From Eledone cirrhosa (Eukaryota): 64,000 bases of DNA. Position 1 is the stretch's first letter. Every line of letters begins with the position of its first letter. The stretch spans positions 40,052,001 to 40,116,000 of the forward strand of contig OZ024753.1 of NCBI GenBank assembly GCA_964016885.1. The letters run 5' to 3'. Shown piece by piece: positions 12,139 to 24,632 of this stretch. Both the position numbers and the translations under genes were made by a program. Below the pieces are notes generated by a model that made no database searches, was not told the origin of the DNA, and worked only from the letters and a program-made list of their open reading frames with translations.

Positions 12139-12541
12139 AAGACAATGCAGGTATGGATATAGAATATAAATGCAAATGCAAAAGATATTGTTGACAATTA
12201 GTCTTTTACCTTAAATTTATTTAAATATCCTTAATTTTCGAGATAATATTACTTCTTCGGAGGGAAGTAAAGTGGTTAAACCAGTATTCTAATTAGCATG
12301 TCAGCATGAGTTGGCAAGCTAATTAGAATACTGGATTAGCCACTTTACTTCCCTCCGGAGAAGAGATATTATCTCGAAAATTAAGGATATTTAAATAAAT
12401 TTAAGGTAAAAGACTAATTGTCAACAATATCTTTTGCATTTGCATTTATATTCTATGTCCATACCTGCATTGTCTTGGCCTTCCAACTACAAACGTTTAT
12501 ACCTCATTACACAATGCTTCAAGTGAACTACAACTTCCTCC

Positions 12542-12542
<1 letters not shown>
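12139..12542 (+). mobile_element. Fold-back element: ~160-bp inverted arms (12139-12476) plus a unique tail, with a degenerate HHR in each arm
   Basis: AAGACAATGCAGG...CTAATTAGC / GCTAATTAG...CCTGCATTGTCTT with a few mismatches. HHR-like CCT-CCG(A/G)AGA-AGAGAT ATT ATCTC-GAAA-AT-TA-AGG at 12352-12386. Confidence 0.8.
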
Positions 12543-12582
<40 letters not shown>

Positions 12583-13127
12583 ATGTGTGTCACACAGTAT
12601 ATTTTAAACTGTTGTACCGAGGCCAAATATGCCAAGTTATATAGAGGTTTTCAGGTGATACGTTTAAAGATATTTGTATTTAGTACTAGTTTGCTGGTCT
12701 CGTGTCAGTTAGCAGCAGTGCTAACACAGTTAGATTCATAACAGTGTCATACACTTCTATTATAAACGAAGCTATGTTAGTCCTAATATATATATATACA
12801 CAATTTAGTACAGCATCAACGAAGCCATGGCTGCAGCAAAGCTAACGAATGCAGTTTCGGTGTGCAGCTAAGCACTCGATAGGGTATATAACCCTCGAGT
12901 TATAACATTACGTTTAGACAGCTTTGCAAATTGAAGAGAGCGACCGATAGAAGGGCCGCAGTGACCATAGCGACGAAAAAGACTGAAATCAGGAAAAGAT
13001 ATATATATATATATATATACATGAAAAGAGTAAGAACGCCAACGGCTGAGCTCCGGCAGTTTCGACAGCTATATATATAATCTGTGGGAGTGTGTTTGCG
13101 TACGTTATGGGAAGGAGAAAGAGATTG

Positions 13128-13171
<44 letters not shown>

Positions 13172-13201
13172 AGTGTATGTGTATGTCTAAATATATATGT
13201 G

Positions 13202-13237
<36 letters not shown>

Positions 13238-13822
13238 CAATCTCTTTCTCTCTCTCTATATATATATGAAAAAGAGAGAGAGAGAGGGGTAGAATATATT
13301 GCTAAGAAACTCAATATACTGTTTGTTGACTTTGTTTTTCCTTCTTGCTGAAGGCCGACTTACGCTTAACCACTTCATTGGTATAAAAGAGACACAGCTC
13401 TGACGTCAGTGATTTCATGGTGCTTGAACGCCGTAAAGTCAAGTGGCTTGCTTGGCTTAGCAAACAGAGGAATGGCTAGTGATATTAATCATTCTGGAGA
13501 GAAGTAGGTTTATTGCTTAATTCAAAGATGTGGAACCGCAACTAAAACTTAGTTGACATTGACGTCAATTTTATGCTTCATGAGAATATCTGAATACGGG
13601 TTGTATTGGCCTGAATTTGCAAAACAAAATATATATAAATATATAAAAATTCAGTGTGTAATGCAGAGGTTCTCAAAGTGGGTGCTACCACCCCCCCGGG
13701 GGGAGTTGAGAAGGTCCAGGAAGCGCTGGGGCCTAAGGGGTTGGTGGTGGTAGAGATGATATAATAGCATATTCAATATCAAATGATATATATATATATA
13801 TATATATACATACATATATATA

Positions 13823-14011
13823 TGTTTCTACTTTTGGCACAAGGCCAGCAATTACCCAGTACATTACTGATTCATTGGTTACGACCCCGTAAGGTAAGGA
13901 TGAAAGGCAAAGTTGACCTCGGCGGGATTTGAACTCAGAATGGAAAGGGCCGTAATTCTATGCGTCAAATCATGACGTCCGACCCTCTACCGATACTGCC
14001 AATCCACTGCC
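13823..14011 (-). mobile_element. Main-family SINE
   Basis: Full-length similarity to 5854-6035. Confidence 0.88.
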
Positions 14012-14013
14012 CT

Positions 14014-14053
<40 letters not shown>

Positions 14054-14055
<2 letters not shown>

Positions 14056-14193
14056 GGAACAGAGTCAGAACCCCGACGGCAGAGCTCAAGCCGTTTCGAC
14101 AGCTCTGTTCCTATTACCCACTCTACTACCCTAAGTATTGAGTACTCTGGTGCGTTATGGTCCACCTGGTTCCTTACCACACTTCCTTTGTTA
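14054..14193 (+). mobile_element. Family C fold-back repeat with the palindrome centre deleted
   Basis: Short inverted arm TAGGAAC...GTTTCGACAGCTC is joined directly to TGTTCCTAT plus the family tail. Confidence 0.75.
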
Positions 14194-14218
14194 TAATATA
14201 TATATATATATAACGTAT

Positions 14219-14406
14219 GGGGCGATGGTTTAGCAGTATCGGTAGAGCGTCAGACTCCATTCTTTTCAGCATAGAGTTATGGCCCTTTATGTTCTGAGTT
14301 CAAATCCTCCCGAGGTTGACTTTGCCTTTCATCCTTACGGGGTCGATTAAATAAAGTACCAGTGATGCACTGGGTAATCGCTGGCCTTGTGCCAAAAGTA
14401 GAAACT
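14219..14406 (+). mobile_element. Main-family SINE
   Basis: Full-length similarity. It is inverted relative to 13823-14011. Confidence 0.88.
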
Positions 14407-14479
14407 ATATTATATATAGTAAAAAAAAAAAAAAATATGTAATATTTATTTATACATAGTATATTTTATATACAAATCA

Positions 14480-15005
14480 CAGAGGCAATAAACATAAAAG
14501 AATTACAACCAAAATTAAATAGAAAATATGAGTGGAACAGCAACATCACAACTTACAATTAAGGACAAAATGAAAACACACAGACACATAGAACAAACAA
14601 CCAACCAGTAACATGTAAATAAATAAACAAATAAATAAATGAACATAAACACACACAGACACCCGGATGTGGCGCATGCGCAGACTGAGCACACAACACA
14701 CACACAGAAACAAAATGGCGTAGGACAGAACAAAGGAGAGGCACAGAAACAAAGAAAGGAATCCCCAGTCACTGAAGAGGTCAGAGTGTGTGACGAAAGA
14801 ACTATGACAATATATAAACAACTATCTGGTTGTGGAACCAACCAACCAACCAGAAATTTATAAATTTATTATAATAAATTGAAGTGAAAGCAACTGGTGC
14901 GTGTGTTTCTTATTGGCAACATGACCCTCCCAAAGTATAACAATATCGGTTTCAACACACGATTTCAGATAAAGAATCTTGCTAAACAAATTCAGAAACG
15001 AAATA
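14480..15005 (+). mobile_element. HHR-bearing pLTR-like repeat, family A, with tail
   Basis: Homologous to 54392-54972 and 59205-59550. Contains GCGCATGCGC and an HHR. Confidence 0.8.
14768..14808 (+). ncRNA. Minimal type I hammerhead ribozyme (family A)
   Basis: GTCA-CTGAAGA-G-GTCA GAGTGTG TGAC-GAAA-G AA C-TA-TGAC. Confidence 0.85.
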
Positions 15006-15694
15006 TTTTATATTATTTATTATATATAAATTAACGATTTTATTTATATATTTTTTATAATTTGCATGTAGGTAGATTTATCTGGAAATAGAGTTGGGGG
15101 GTGGGGATACTGAAGGTATTACATAGTCATGAGGGGGTGGTGGCCCCAAAAGTTTGAAAAACTCTGCTGTAATGCATACTAAATTACTAATAATTTTCTG
15201 TAATATTAACGACATAAGGTTTACATGTTACATGTGTGTGTGTCTACAATATTATAAAAAGCCATTCAACGTTTATAAGTAAGGTGAAATATTGCAATAC
15301 TTAAACAAGTACACTGATAACATCACTGAACATCTAGCCACACTTATACACTAGATTTCCGGAAACCATTAAATAATTCGTCATTCTATCTGTCCGTCAT
15401 TCTATCTGTCTGTCTCACTATTTCTATATCTATCTCTCTATCTATCTATCTCTCTATTTATCTGTCTCTCTATCTCTTTATCCTATTTATTTTATTTTAC
15501 TGCACCTTTCTCCTCAGTATTTTTCTTCATTTTATTTTCCAACCTATTTACTTTCTCTCTCCCTCCTCTCTTTTTCTCTTTCTCTTTCTCTACCCCCCTC
15601 TCTATCTCTCCCTTCTCCCCCCCCCCCCCCTCGGTCTCTCTCTCTATGTATATATTCCTGTCAACATGTTTGGTATTATTCTTATATTTACTAT

Positions 15695-16145
15695 CTCACT
15701 CACTCACTCACTCACTCACTCACTCACTCACTCACTCACTCACTCACTCACTCACTCACTCACTCACTCACTCACTCACTCACTCACTCACTCACTCACT
15801 CACTCACTCACTCACTCACTCACTCACTCACTCACTCACTCACTCACTCACTCACTCACTCACTCACTCACTCACTCACTCACTCACTCACTCACTCACT
15901 CACTCACTCACTCACTCACTCACTCACTCACTCACTCACTCACTCACTCACTCACTCACTCACTCACTCACTCACTCACTCACTCACTCACTCACTCACT
16001 CACTCACTCACTCACTCACTCACTCACTCACTCACTCACTCACTCACTCACTCACTCACTCACTCACTCACTCACTCACTCACTCACTCACTCACTCACT
16101 CACTCACTCACTCACTCACTCACTCACTCACTCACTCACTCACTC
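15695..16145. repeat. (ACTC)n array flanked by a 16-bp direct repeat
   Basis: TATTATTCTTATATTT at 15674-15689 and 16150-16165. Confidence 0.95.
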
Positions 16146-17021
16146 GTGATATTATTCTTATATTTCCTTCCTCATTTCAAAGTCGTCCATCTTGAATTAA
16201 TCTAGATAGTTCTGGAATAAACCTCATTTGTATCCCAGTATGTTTCATCTGAAATATATCATATCCTCCTTTCCATGATCTACAGTATAATGCCAGATTT
16301 CCTCTTTATTTCTCTTCTCTTTTAACTTTCACTGCCTGAAATCTGCCTTTGCCATTATTTTTCTTTCTTTTTTTCTCTCTACCTTTCTGTTTTTTCTTTT
16401 CTTTTCTTTTCTTTTCTTTTCTTTTCTTTTCTTTCTTTATCTTTCTTTCTCTCTCTCACTCTCTGTCTGTCTTTGTTTTTTTTCTTTCTTTCTCTCTCTC
16501 TCTTTTCTTTATTTCCTTCTTTCTTTCTTTTTCTTTCTTCCTTGCTTTCTTTCTTTCTTTCATTATTTTCTTTATTCTTTCTTACTTTCTTCCTTTCATT
16601 CATTTTCCATAGTCTTTCAGTTCCTCTTCATATCTATCTTTCTATTTTATTTTCTGTTCTTTTTTCTTTCTTCCTTTCTTTCTTCTTTCTTTCACCTTTT
16701 ATCTTATTTTATTTTATTTTATTTTATTTTATTCTGACTTTCATCTCATCTATCTTTCCTTTATACTTTGATCTATTCCACCATCTAGTCATTCTTTCTC
16801 CCTTTGTTTTGTTTCTTTTCTTCTTTTTCTTTTTTTCTTTTCCCTATCCTTCTTTCTTTCCTTCCTTTCTTGTAATTTATTTTCCATAATTCTCAATCAT
16901 TTCACATTTTACAGTTTTCCTTGTTTTATTTTTTCCTTTCATTTTCATCTCCAATTCGCCTCGCATTTTATGTTATTTCATTCGTTTCCCTCCCCTATTT
17001 ATTATCATTATGGGGTAGGTG

Positions 17022-17490
17022 GCAGGGTGGTGGGCTGGCAGTATCGGTAGAGCGTCGGAGGCCATGCTTTGCAGCATAGAGCCACGGCCCTTTATGATGT
17101 GAGATCAAATCCCGCCGAGGTTAACTTTGCCTTTCGTCCTTATGGGGTCGATAAAATAAAGTACCAGTCACGCACCGGGGTCGATTTAATCGACTTTCTC
17201 CCTCCCAAAAATTGCTGACCTTGTGCCTATATAATAAACCGTTATTGGATAGGTGGCGCTTCTTTTATGGTGCTGGATTATCAGTATCGGTATATCATCG
17301 AACAATATGCTTTGCAGCATAGTCTTACGTCCCTTTACTTTCTGAGTTCAAATCCTGCCGAGATTAGATTTGTATTTCATCCTTACGGGGTCAATAAAAT
17401 AAAGTACCAGTAACACACTGGGGTCGATTTAATCGCCCCCCCCCCCAAAAAAAAAAATTGCTTGCCTAAATCAGGAATCATTACTATTAT
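17022..17490 (+). mobile_element. Two tandem SINEs, longer variant of the main family
   Basis: Same head and core, plus a GGGGTCGATTTAATCG...CCCAAAA insert before the 3' end. Copies at ~17022-17245 and ~17269-17490. Confidence 0.82.
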
Positions 17491-17804
17491 TGTTGTTGTT
17501 GTCGCTAAACAGAACTCTTTTTGTCCATTTGTCCTGTAACTTTGTTATTTATTTGCAAATCTTTTGTTTGAATTTTTGTTTCGTTTTGTGTGATATCTGA
17601 CCAGCATCGTAGAGAACCAATCGGTTTTCCTCTATGTAAAGCTCAAAGGGTAAAAATCTGTGTGTTATTTCCGAATATAATCTTCAAATATTCTTTGGAA
17701 AATCATGGCGGAAGAAATTTCATCAACTATAAAAAAAAAAAAACAAAAAAAAAAAAAAAAAGAGACAGACAGGTGTCCACTCAGAATTCAACCACCGCAA
17801 AAGA

Positions 17805-18915
17805 CAATAGCAACACCAACAACAGTAACAGCTTCAACATCAAGAATAACAACAATTACAATAACAAAAGTAACAACAACAGCAACAATAACAAAAAAAC
17901 AACACCAACTACAACAACAGTAACAACACCATCACCAACAACAACAGTAACATCAACAAAAAGCAACATCAAAACAACAAAAATAACACCTCCACCAACT
18001 ACAAGAGTAACACCACCACCACCAACAACAGTAACAACACCAACAAAAAGCAACATCAAAACAACAAAAATAACAACACCAACAACAACAGTAACAACAA
18101 TACCACCACCAACAACAACAACAGTAACAACACCAACACCAACATCATTATCATCGTCGTTAACGTCAATCATAAGAACATCAATACCAACACTAGCTTC
18201 ACTTTTCTCTACAGTGACTCGTCTCTTAAAATCTCATTTACCATAATCTATCTTTTCCTTTTCTGTCGCCATTACTGTCGAGAAATACTGTAAATGTCGT
18301 CCATTACTATCTATCAGGTGGTAATTAATGGCGCGTCTCTCATCTCATTCTCCTTACATTCTCTAACATCTATCAGGCCTCTTCCTACTACAGTGTATTT
18401 CATATATATTGGTGTTGGTGTTAGTGTTGCTGTCGTCGTTGTTGTTGTTGGTGTCGTCGTCGTCATCAGCATTACACACCATCATCAGCAGCAGCATGAT
18501 CATCACCACTAACCACACCGCCATCATCTACATAATCATCATCATCATCAACACCTATACTATCATCATCACCATCACAACCCCCACCACCCCCACCACT
18601 ATCATCATCATCATCATCATCATCCTCACCACTACCTACACCACCACTACCACCACCACCACCAAAATCTTCATCATAATCACCTCCACCCACACCACCA
18701 CTACCACCAGCACCGTCATCACCACCATCATCCTTACCACTACCTACACACCACCACCATCATCATCATCATTACCACTATCATCATCATTACCACTATC
18801 ATCATCATGAACACCACCACCACCACTACATCACCACCACACCACCACTACACCACCACACCACCACCACCACCACCACCACATCACCACCACACCACCA
18901 CCACCACCACCACCA
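17805..18915. repeat. Compound trinucleotide low-complexity tracts (AAC/ACC/ATC)
   Basis: Read directly. Interrupted by unique sequence at ~18190-18410. Confidence 0.85.
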
Positions 18916-19072
18916 TCGTCTCTATTGTTATTATTATTAATATTTATTTATTTATCTAAGTCCTTTGTCTTTGTTTGCCGGGTTCAGATTTTTTTTCTAT
19001 ATCTTTGGTAAATATTCATGCTTTTGTCTGTTTATGTTGTAGGAAATACTGGAAGTTTCCTTCCGCTCCTTC

Positions 19073-19560
19073 CCTCTCACGTTACTATCTCCCCCACACC
19101 ACCCTCACGTTACTATCTCCTCTCCCACACCACCCTCACGTTACTATCTCCTCTCCCACACCACCCTCACGTTACTATCTCCTCCACACCACCCTCACGT
19201 TTCTATCTCCACCACACCACCCTTACGTTACTATCTCCTCCACACCACCCTCACGTTTCTATCTCCTCTCCCACACCACTCCTCTCCTTTCTATCTTCCC
19301 CACCCCCTTTCTATCTCCTCCTCTTCACCCTCACGTTACTATCTCCCCCACACCACCCTCACGTTTCTATCTCCACACCACCACCCTCTCCATTTTACCT
19401 CATGCTCACCACTCTCTCCTCCACACCACCCTCACTTTTCTATCTCTTCTACACCACCCCTCGTTTCTATCTCTTCTACACCACCCTCATGATTCTATCT
19501 CCTCCATACCACCCTCTCCTTTCAATCTCCTCCACACCACCCTCTCCTCCTCACCACCAC
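19073..19560. repeat. Minisatellite, ~26-31-bp unit ACCACCCTCACGTTACTATCTCCTCTCCCAC
   Basis: More than 10 degenerate tandem units. Confidence 0.9.
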
Positions 19561-20739
19561 CCCCTCCTGCCAAGCTGCCTGTTTTTACAAGAGATAATGA
19601 GAAAAAACTCACCAAGATTACCATAAAATGTGAAGATAAAATAAAACCCTCAAAAAGAAAGAAAACAACAAAAGAACAAAAAAACAACAACAATAAAAGT
19701 ACAAAAGTACAAAGAAAAAAAGTGAACAAAACGTTAATAATAATAATAATAATAATAGTGATGAGGATGATGGCGATGATGATGAGGATGTCGATGATGA
19801 TAAAGATAGTATGATGATGATGGTGATGAAGATATGGTGGTGGGGATGATGGTGTGGGGATGATGGTGTGGTGTTGGTGGTGATGGTGGTAATGATGGTG
19901 GTGGTGTTGGTGGTGATGATGGTGGTGGTGGTGGTGGGGTGATGGTGGTGGTGATGATAATGGTGGTAATGATGGTGATGATGATGATGATGATAATAAT
20001 AAAATGAATGGAAACAACCATAGCAAATCAAATAAAAACAAAACAAAAAAATAAATAAATATATCATTTGTCAATTGTAAGTTCAGAAATTGGAAATCAA
20101 TCAATTAATTCTTGTTAAAAGAAAATTTGCATATAATCTTTTTACATTAAGGTCTAACCAATAACATCGAACACAGCGGCCATGACAGTTTCAGTATTGT
20201 TAGCTGCGCACACGCATACTCACACTCACACACACTCATATACGCATACATACACACACATACGCACTAAAACCATTATCATAAACATCATCATCATCGT
20301 CATCATCCTTATCGTCATCATCATCATCATCATTATCATCATCATTATCATTATCATCACCATCATCAGCACCATCGTCACCATCATCTTATCATTATTT
20401 TCACCATCACCATCATCATCATCCTTACCATCATCATCACCATCATCATCATCATCAATATCATCACCATCATCATCATCATCCTCATGACCATCATCAC
20501 TATCACTATCATCATCATCATCACCATTATCCTAATCTTTTATAATCACCGCCATCACCATCACCACCTCTATAAAAAAGATCAATACAATACTTCCACT
20601 ATTACCAATACAATAAACACACCACTACTACCACTACCACTACTACTACCACCACTACCACTGCAAACAATACACCATCACCGCTACCACTACATACCCT
20701 ATTCTCTTTAATACCACCATCACCATCACCACCGCCATC

Positions 20740-21160
20740 ACCACCACCTCTAACAACAACTACAACCACGACACTATATAAACACTATAATCACCCCCCC
20801 CCCGCCTCTATTCTGATTAACGCCAGCACCACCACCACAACCACCACTATAGACACTATCACCACACTCAACATCTACCCCCATTGCCGCCACCACCACC
20901 ACCGCCGCCTCCATCACCGCCTCCATCACCACCACCACCTTCACTAACAACAACTACAACCACGACACTATATAAACACTATAATCACAACCCCCCCGCC
21001 GCCTCTATTCTGATTAACGCCAGCACAACCACCACTATAGACACTATCACCACACTCAACATCTACCCCCATTGCCACCACCACCACCACCACCACCGCC
21101 TCCATCACCACCACCTCCACTAACAACAACCTCAACCAAGACACTATATAAACACTATTA
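20740..21160. repeat. Tandem duplication, ~180-190-bp unit, just over 2 copies
   Basis: GACACTATATAAACACTAT occurs three times and GCCTCTATTCTGATTAACGCCAGCAC twice. Confidence 0.85.
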
Positions 21161-21612
21161 CCACATCTAATACAGTCCTATATAACAACAGCTTCGATAC
21201 GAAATAAATGTATTAAATGAGAACAGATAAGAGAGAGTTATATGTTAGCAAGAATCTAATAGAGAGCTTAGTTTACATGACGTTGGACGTTGTTGTTTTT
21301 GATTGGTTGATTAGATGATTGATTTGTTGGCAGGTTTGTAGAAGTGTAGGACGTGCAAGAATACGGCTGAATGGATTATGTGTTGTACGTGAGCTGGCAT
21401 TAAGAACGCTTCTTTGCCTCGACATTTGAGATACTGATAAAATGAGATGTCCTATGTATGTCTGTGTCTGTGTGTGTGTGTAAGTTTTGTAATAGTTATT
21501 GCTGTTGTTGTTGGTGGTGGTAGTGTTGGAGGTGGTTTTGTTGTTGTTTAGCCCTAGGTCAATCCAGAGAGAGGGAGAGAGAGAGCAATTCCTTCAATAG
21601 TGTCTCTCCATT

Positions 21613-21717
21613 CGCCGAGGTTAATTTTGCCTTTCATCCTTACGTGGTCGATAAAATAAAGTACCAGTAATGCACTGGGATAATTGCTGGCCTTGTGCTA
21701 AAAGTAGAAACAATTAT
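21613..21717 (+). mobile_element. Main-family SINE, 5'-truncated
   Basis: Core and 3' end match. Confidence 0.82.
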
Positions 21718-21724
21718 ATTTCGA

Positions 21725-21900
21725 AACGTCTAAAGGCTGTCTTGAGCCTGGAAGCTCATCAGTCTGTTGCTTATTCGGGTTTCCGTGGTGCCAAGTAATT
21801 GAGAGTACAAAACTCCCCACTGAACATCAAGTCATTCCATTGCAAGGTTAAACTCCCAGCTATTCTTAGAACTCACTTTCAACTGAGTATACTTCGAGAT
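21725..21900 (-). mobile_element. Old diverged SINE-like remnant of another family
   Basis: GCTCATCAG...GCTTATT...GGTTTCCGTGG...GAGAGTAC...CTCCC...CCATTGCAAGGTTAAACTCCCAGC resembles central domains of metazoan SINEs. Recognised from memory only. Confidence 0.45.
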
Positions 21901-23051
21901 TTTCATCTTCAAAATTGAAGCTAAATTAGATGAAGCAGGGATTAAATAGCCCGTTAGCTCGTCGGTGTTAGTTAATTCACGAAGATCTGTTATAATCTTT
22001 ATTGTTTCTTTTTAATTTTATTGATCCATGTCAGCCCTAATGTAACGTAAGTCAATGGCAGAAAATCATGCAGCCAGTTGTCCATATATATTGTATTTAG
22101 GACATCATTACACGATGTTCCTTTTATTAGACACAGGATGTGATTTAATTGAGATTTGTCTCTCATCTCTAGTAGATCGTGAGCTGTGAAATCTTGCATG
22201 CATTAATTTCAACTTTTCTTATTAATTGCATTATTTATTTCCAGGGACTATGTTGAAAAGTAAACCTCATTTAGTCATTCCATGAGAGTATCTTGGTCAG
22301 TCTGTGATCTTTTCAGTCTATGATCTTTTCTTTGTTGAAGAAATTTGAGCCATCACGATTACTTCTTTTGTGTCGGGTATAACATATCTAGGAATATATT
22401 GTCCAAAGTGTCCTTTCCATTTAGTGATTTTGCGGTAAAATTCGAGGAGGAATTTGCAGCTATTTCTAGCCGATCTGACGTCCATGTACATGTTCTCTTC
22501 TAATTCATCAATATCTCGTCTTTTGAAAGGACAATAATGGCTGTAATAATGCCAAGAGAAATGAGTGATTGTCAGAATTTCATATTGAAACGTGGGGTGC
22601 AATATTTCATGGAATAATCGTTATTTGAAGAACTAGAGTTACAGAAAAAATATAAAGAGGATTAATGTATAGACGGAGAGAAAGAGAGAAAGGGTGGGGG
22701 GAAAGAAGGAGAGTCGGAAATAAAAGAAAACAGATAAAAAGAGAATGGCGGAAAGAAAACAATGATATGCAGAAGGAAAGGAAAAAAAAAGGTAGTTAAT
22801 AAAAGAAGGATACAAAAACGAAAAGAGATTAAAGAAATGAAAACAGAAAGAGAGACAAAAATAAAGGTTCTAAAGAAGAATAAAAAGAGAAGGAATGAAG
22901 AACATGGAGAAATAATGAAAGAATTGAGAGCGAAAGAAAGAAATGAAAAATGATGAATCTAGCAATTTGAATGATTACAATGAAACTAATTTAATTAATG
23001 ATAATAATTACATACACACAATATATATATATATATGTGTGCGTGTGTATA

Positions 23052-23087
<36 letters not shown>

Positions 23088-23341
23088 ATTATTTCAAGTA
23101 TCACATCGAAGCTGAAGCTGCAACAGAGCACCACCAGTCGAATTATTTGAGGTAGTCCCTAAATACTCAATGATGCGAGAAATGTATTAATTCTTTCATC
23201 CGTATGATCACATTAAGTTATACGAGGAATACACTATGAATAATATATAGACCAGGTGTATGGAACCATAGAATATAATTTTATAACAACAACAACAACT
23301 ACTACGAATACGAAAAGGGAAGAGAATTCCTCGTAACCGAA

Positions 23342-23390
<49 letters not shown>

Positions 23391-23435
23391 GGAACGAGTA
23401 GGACCGTTTCGACGGCTAATTCTGGACAATAAATA

Positions 23436-23590
23436 TAATATACAACAGTTTTATAAATAAATAAATATTGACATACCCTTAAAAAATGCAACCATTACTC
23501 TTGGAAGCTCCCAGAGCTTCCATCAGTAATGGTTACATTTTTTAAGGGTATGTCAATATTTATTTATTTATAAAACTGCTCTATATTATA
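23436..23590. repeat. Inverted repeat, ~73-bp arms, 3-nt loop
   Basis: CAGTTTTATAAATAAATAAATATTGACATACCCTTAAAAAATG...GGAAGCTC-CCA-GAGCTTCC...CATTTTTTAAGGGTATGTCAATATTTATTTATTTATAAAACTG. Confidence 0.9.
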
Positions 23591-23653
23591 TTTTATCTGA
23601 TGAAAGCACACCATAATTTAACTTGGTGTCCTTGAAATATGTATAATGAAATA
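23589..23653 (+). ncRNA. Type I hammerhead ribozyme (family E)
   Basis: TATTTTAT-CTGATGA-AAG C ACACCA...TGGTGT C CTT-GAAA-TATGTA-TA-ATGAAATA. Confidence 0.75.
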
Positions 23654-23780
23654 AATATGGTTTTATAAATATAGTTTCCATTTGGTAATATCGTATTTTT
23701 ACTCCAATTATTTGTTGAGTGCTTTATATCAGTTATAAAAATATTTGCTTGTTGTATCCCAACAATTTAAATAGAACTTT

Positions 23781-23818
<38 letters not shown>

Positions 23819-23859
23819 TTCAAAATATTAACAAAAATAAAACTTCTTGTCATCAAGTA

Positions 23860-23926
23860 TATTTTATTATACATATTTCAGAGGCACTGAGCTAACTTCA
23901 ACAGTACGTCCTCATCAGATAAAATA
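23860..23926 (-). ncRNA. Type I hammerhead ribozyme (family E), convergent with 23589-23653
   Basis: Minus strand reads TATTTTAT-CTGATGA-GGAC GTACTG...CAGTGC CTCT-GAAA-TATGTA-TA-ATAAAATA, with an 8-bp stem I. Confidence 0.75.
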
Positions 23927-24212
23927 AGATGATGCATGACATACACTGACATAGTAGATGGTTAAGATTCAGTCATGGTAGTGAGTAAGATATGACAAAA
24001 CTCAATATTTATATACCTTAAGATTGAGACATGAAACAAATTACATATAATACAGAGGGTGCGTGTGAGAAAGCTTAAAAATACATATCAGCAATTTACA
24101 TAACAGTTAGATATTCAAATAACCTTTATATATATATATATATATATATATATTTAACCTTTAAATATATATATATATATAGAAGTGGTTACACAACAGT
24201 TAGTTCACAATA

Positions 24213-24252
24213 CCGAGAATCATTGTTTCACCTTAGCGGATCTTCAGCTCGG
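24213..24252 (-). ncRNA. Minimal hammerhead-like motif
   Basis: Minus strand reads CCGAG-CTGAAGA-T CC GCTAA GG T-GAAA-CAATGA-TT-CTCGG. Stem I is 5 bp and stems II/III are weak. It lies in a ~90-bp island between AT tracts. Confidence 0.55.
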
Positions 24253-24632
24253 GATGTGTATGGTTATAGGCACATATATATACACACATATATATATATT
24301 ATGGAATACTGTTGGCTTTTTGCTACAATGTTTTCTATACCTTTCATTTATATATATGTGTATGTGTGTGTGCATTTATAGAATATTTGTCTTTATCTAC
24401 TTTAAATAGTGTTTCCAATAGTCGACCATGTTAGCTTCAATTTCCGCTTCCAGCATTTGACTATCGTGAAGAAGAAAACATGGCATCTATAGTTTATACA
24501 GCAATTTGTCTCGAATTGTTTTCATAGCATTATTATCATATTTTTCCTTTCATATTCTTTTCTTTTTGTTTCACATTATTTTTGACAATTTGCCATTCGT
24601 TAATCACATTAAGTAGAAGCTTGTTAAATAAT

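Larger units (their letters stand above)
13664..15166. mobile_element. hAT (Charlie-like) MITE interrupted by nested insertions
   Basis: The left TIR is CAGAGGTTCTCAAAGT and the reverse complement of the right end is CAGAGTTTTTCAAACT. The 8-bp flanks are GTGTAATG (13656-63) and CTGTAATG (15167-74). Confidence 0.7.

Noticed and set aside
17590-18246. Mucin-like Thr/Pro-rich ORF
   Set aside because: Derived from poly-A and AAC/ACC repeats, with no signal peptide or splice support.
19073-19560. Regularly repeated ~30-bp unit as a CRISPR array
   Set aside because: Head-to-tail degenerate units without unique spacers, a eukaryotic context and no cas genes.
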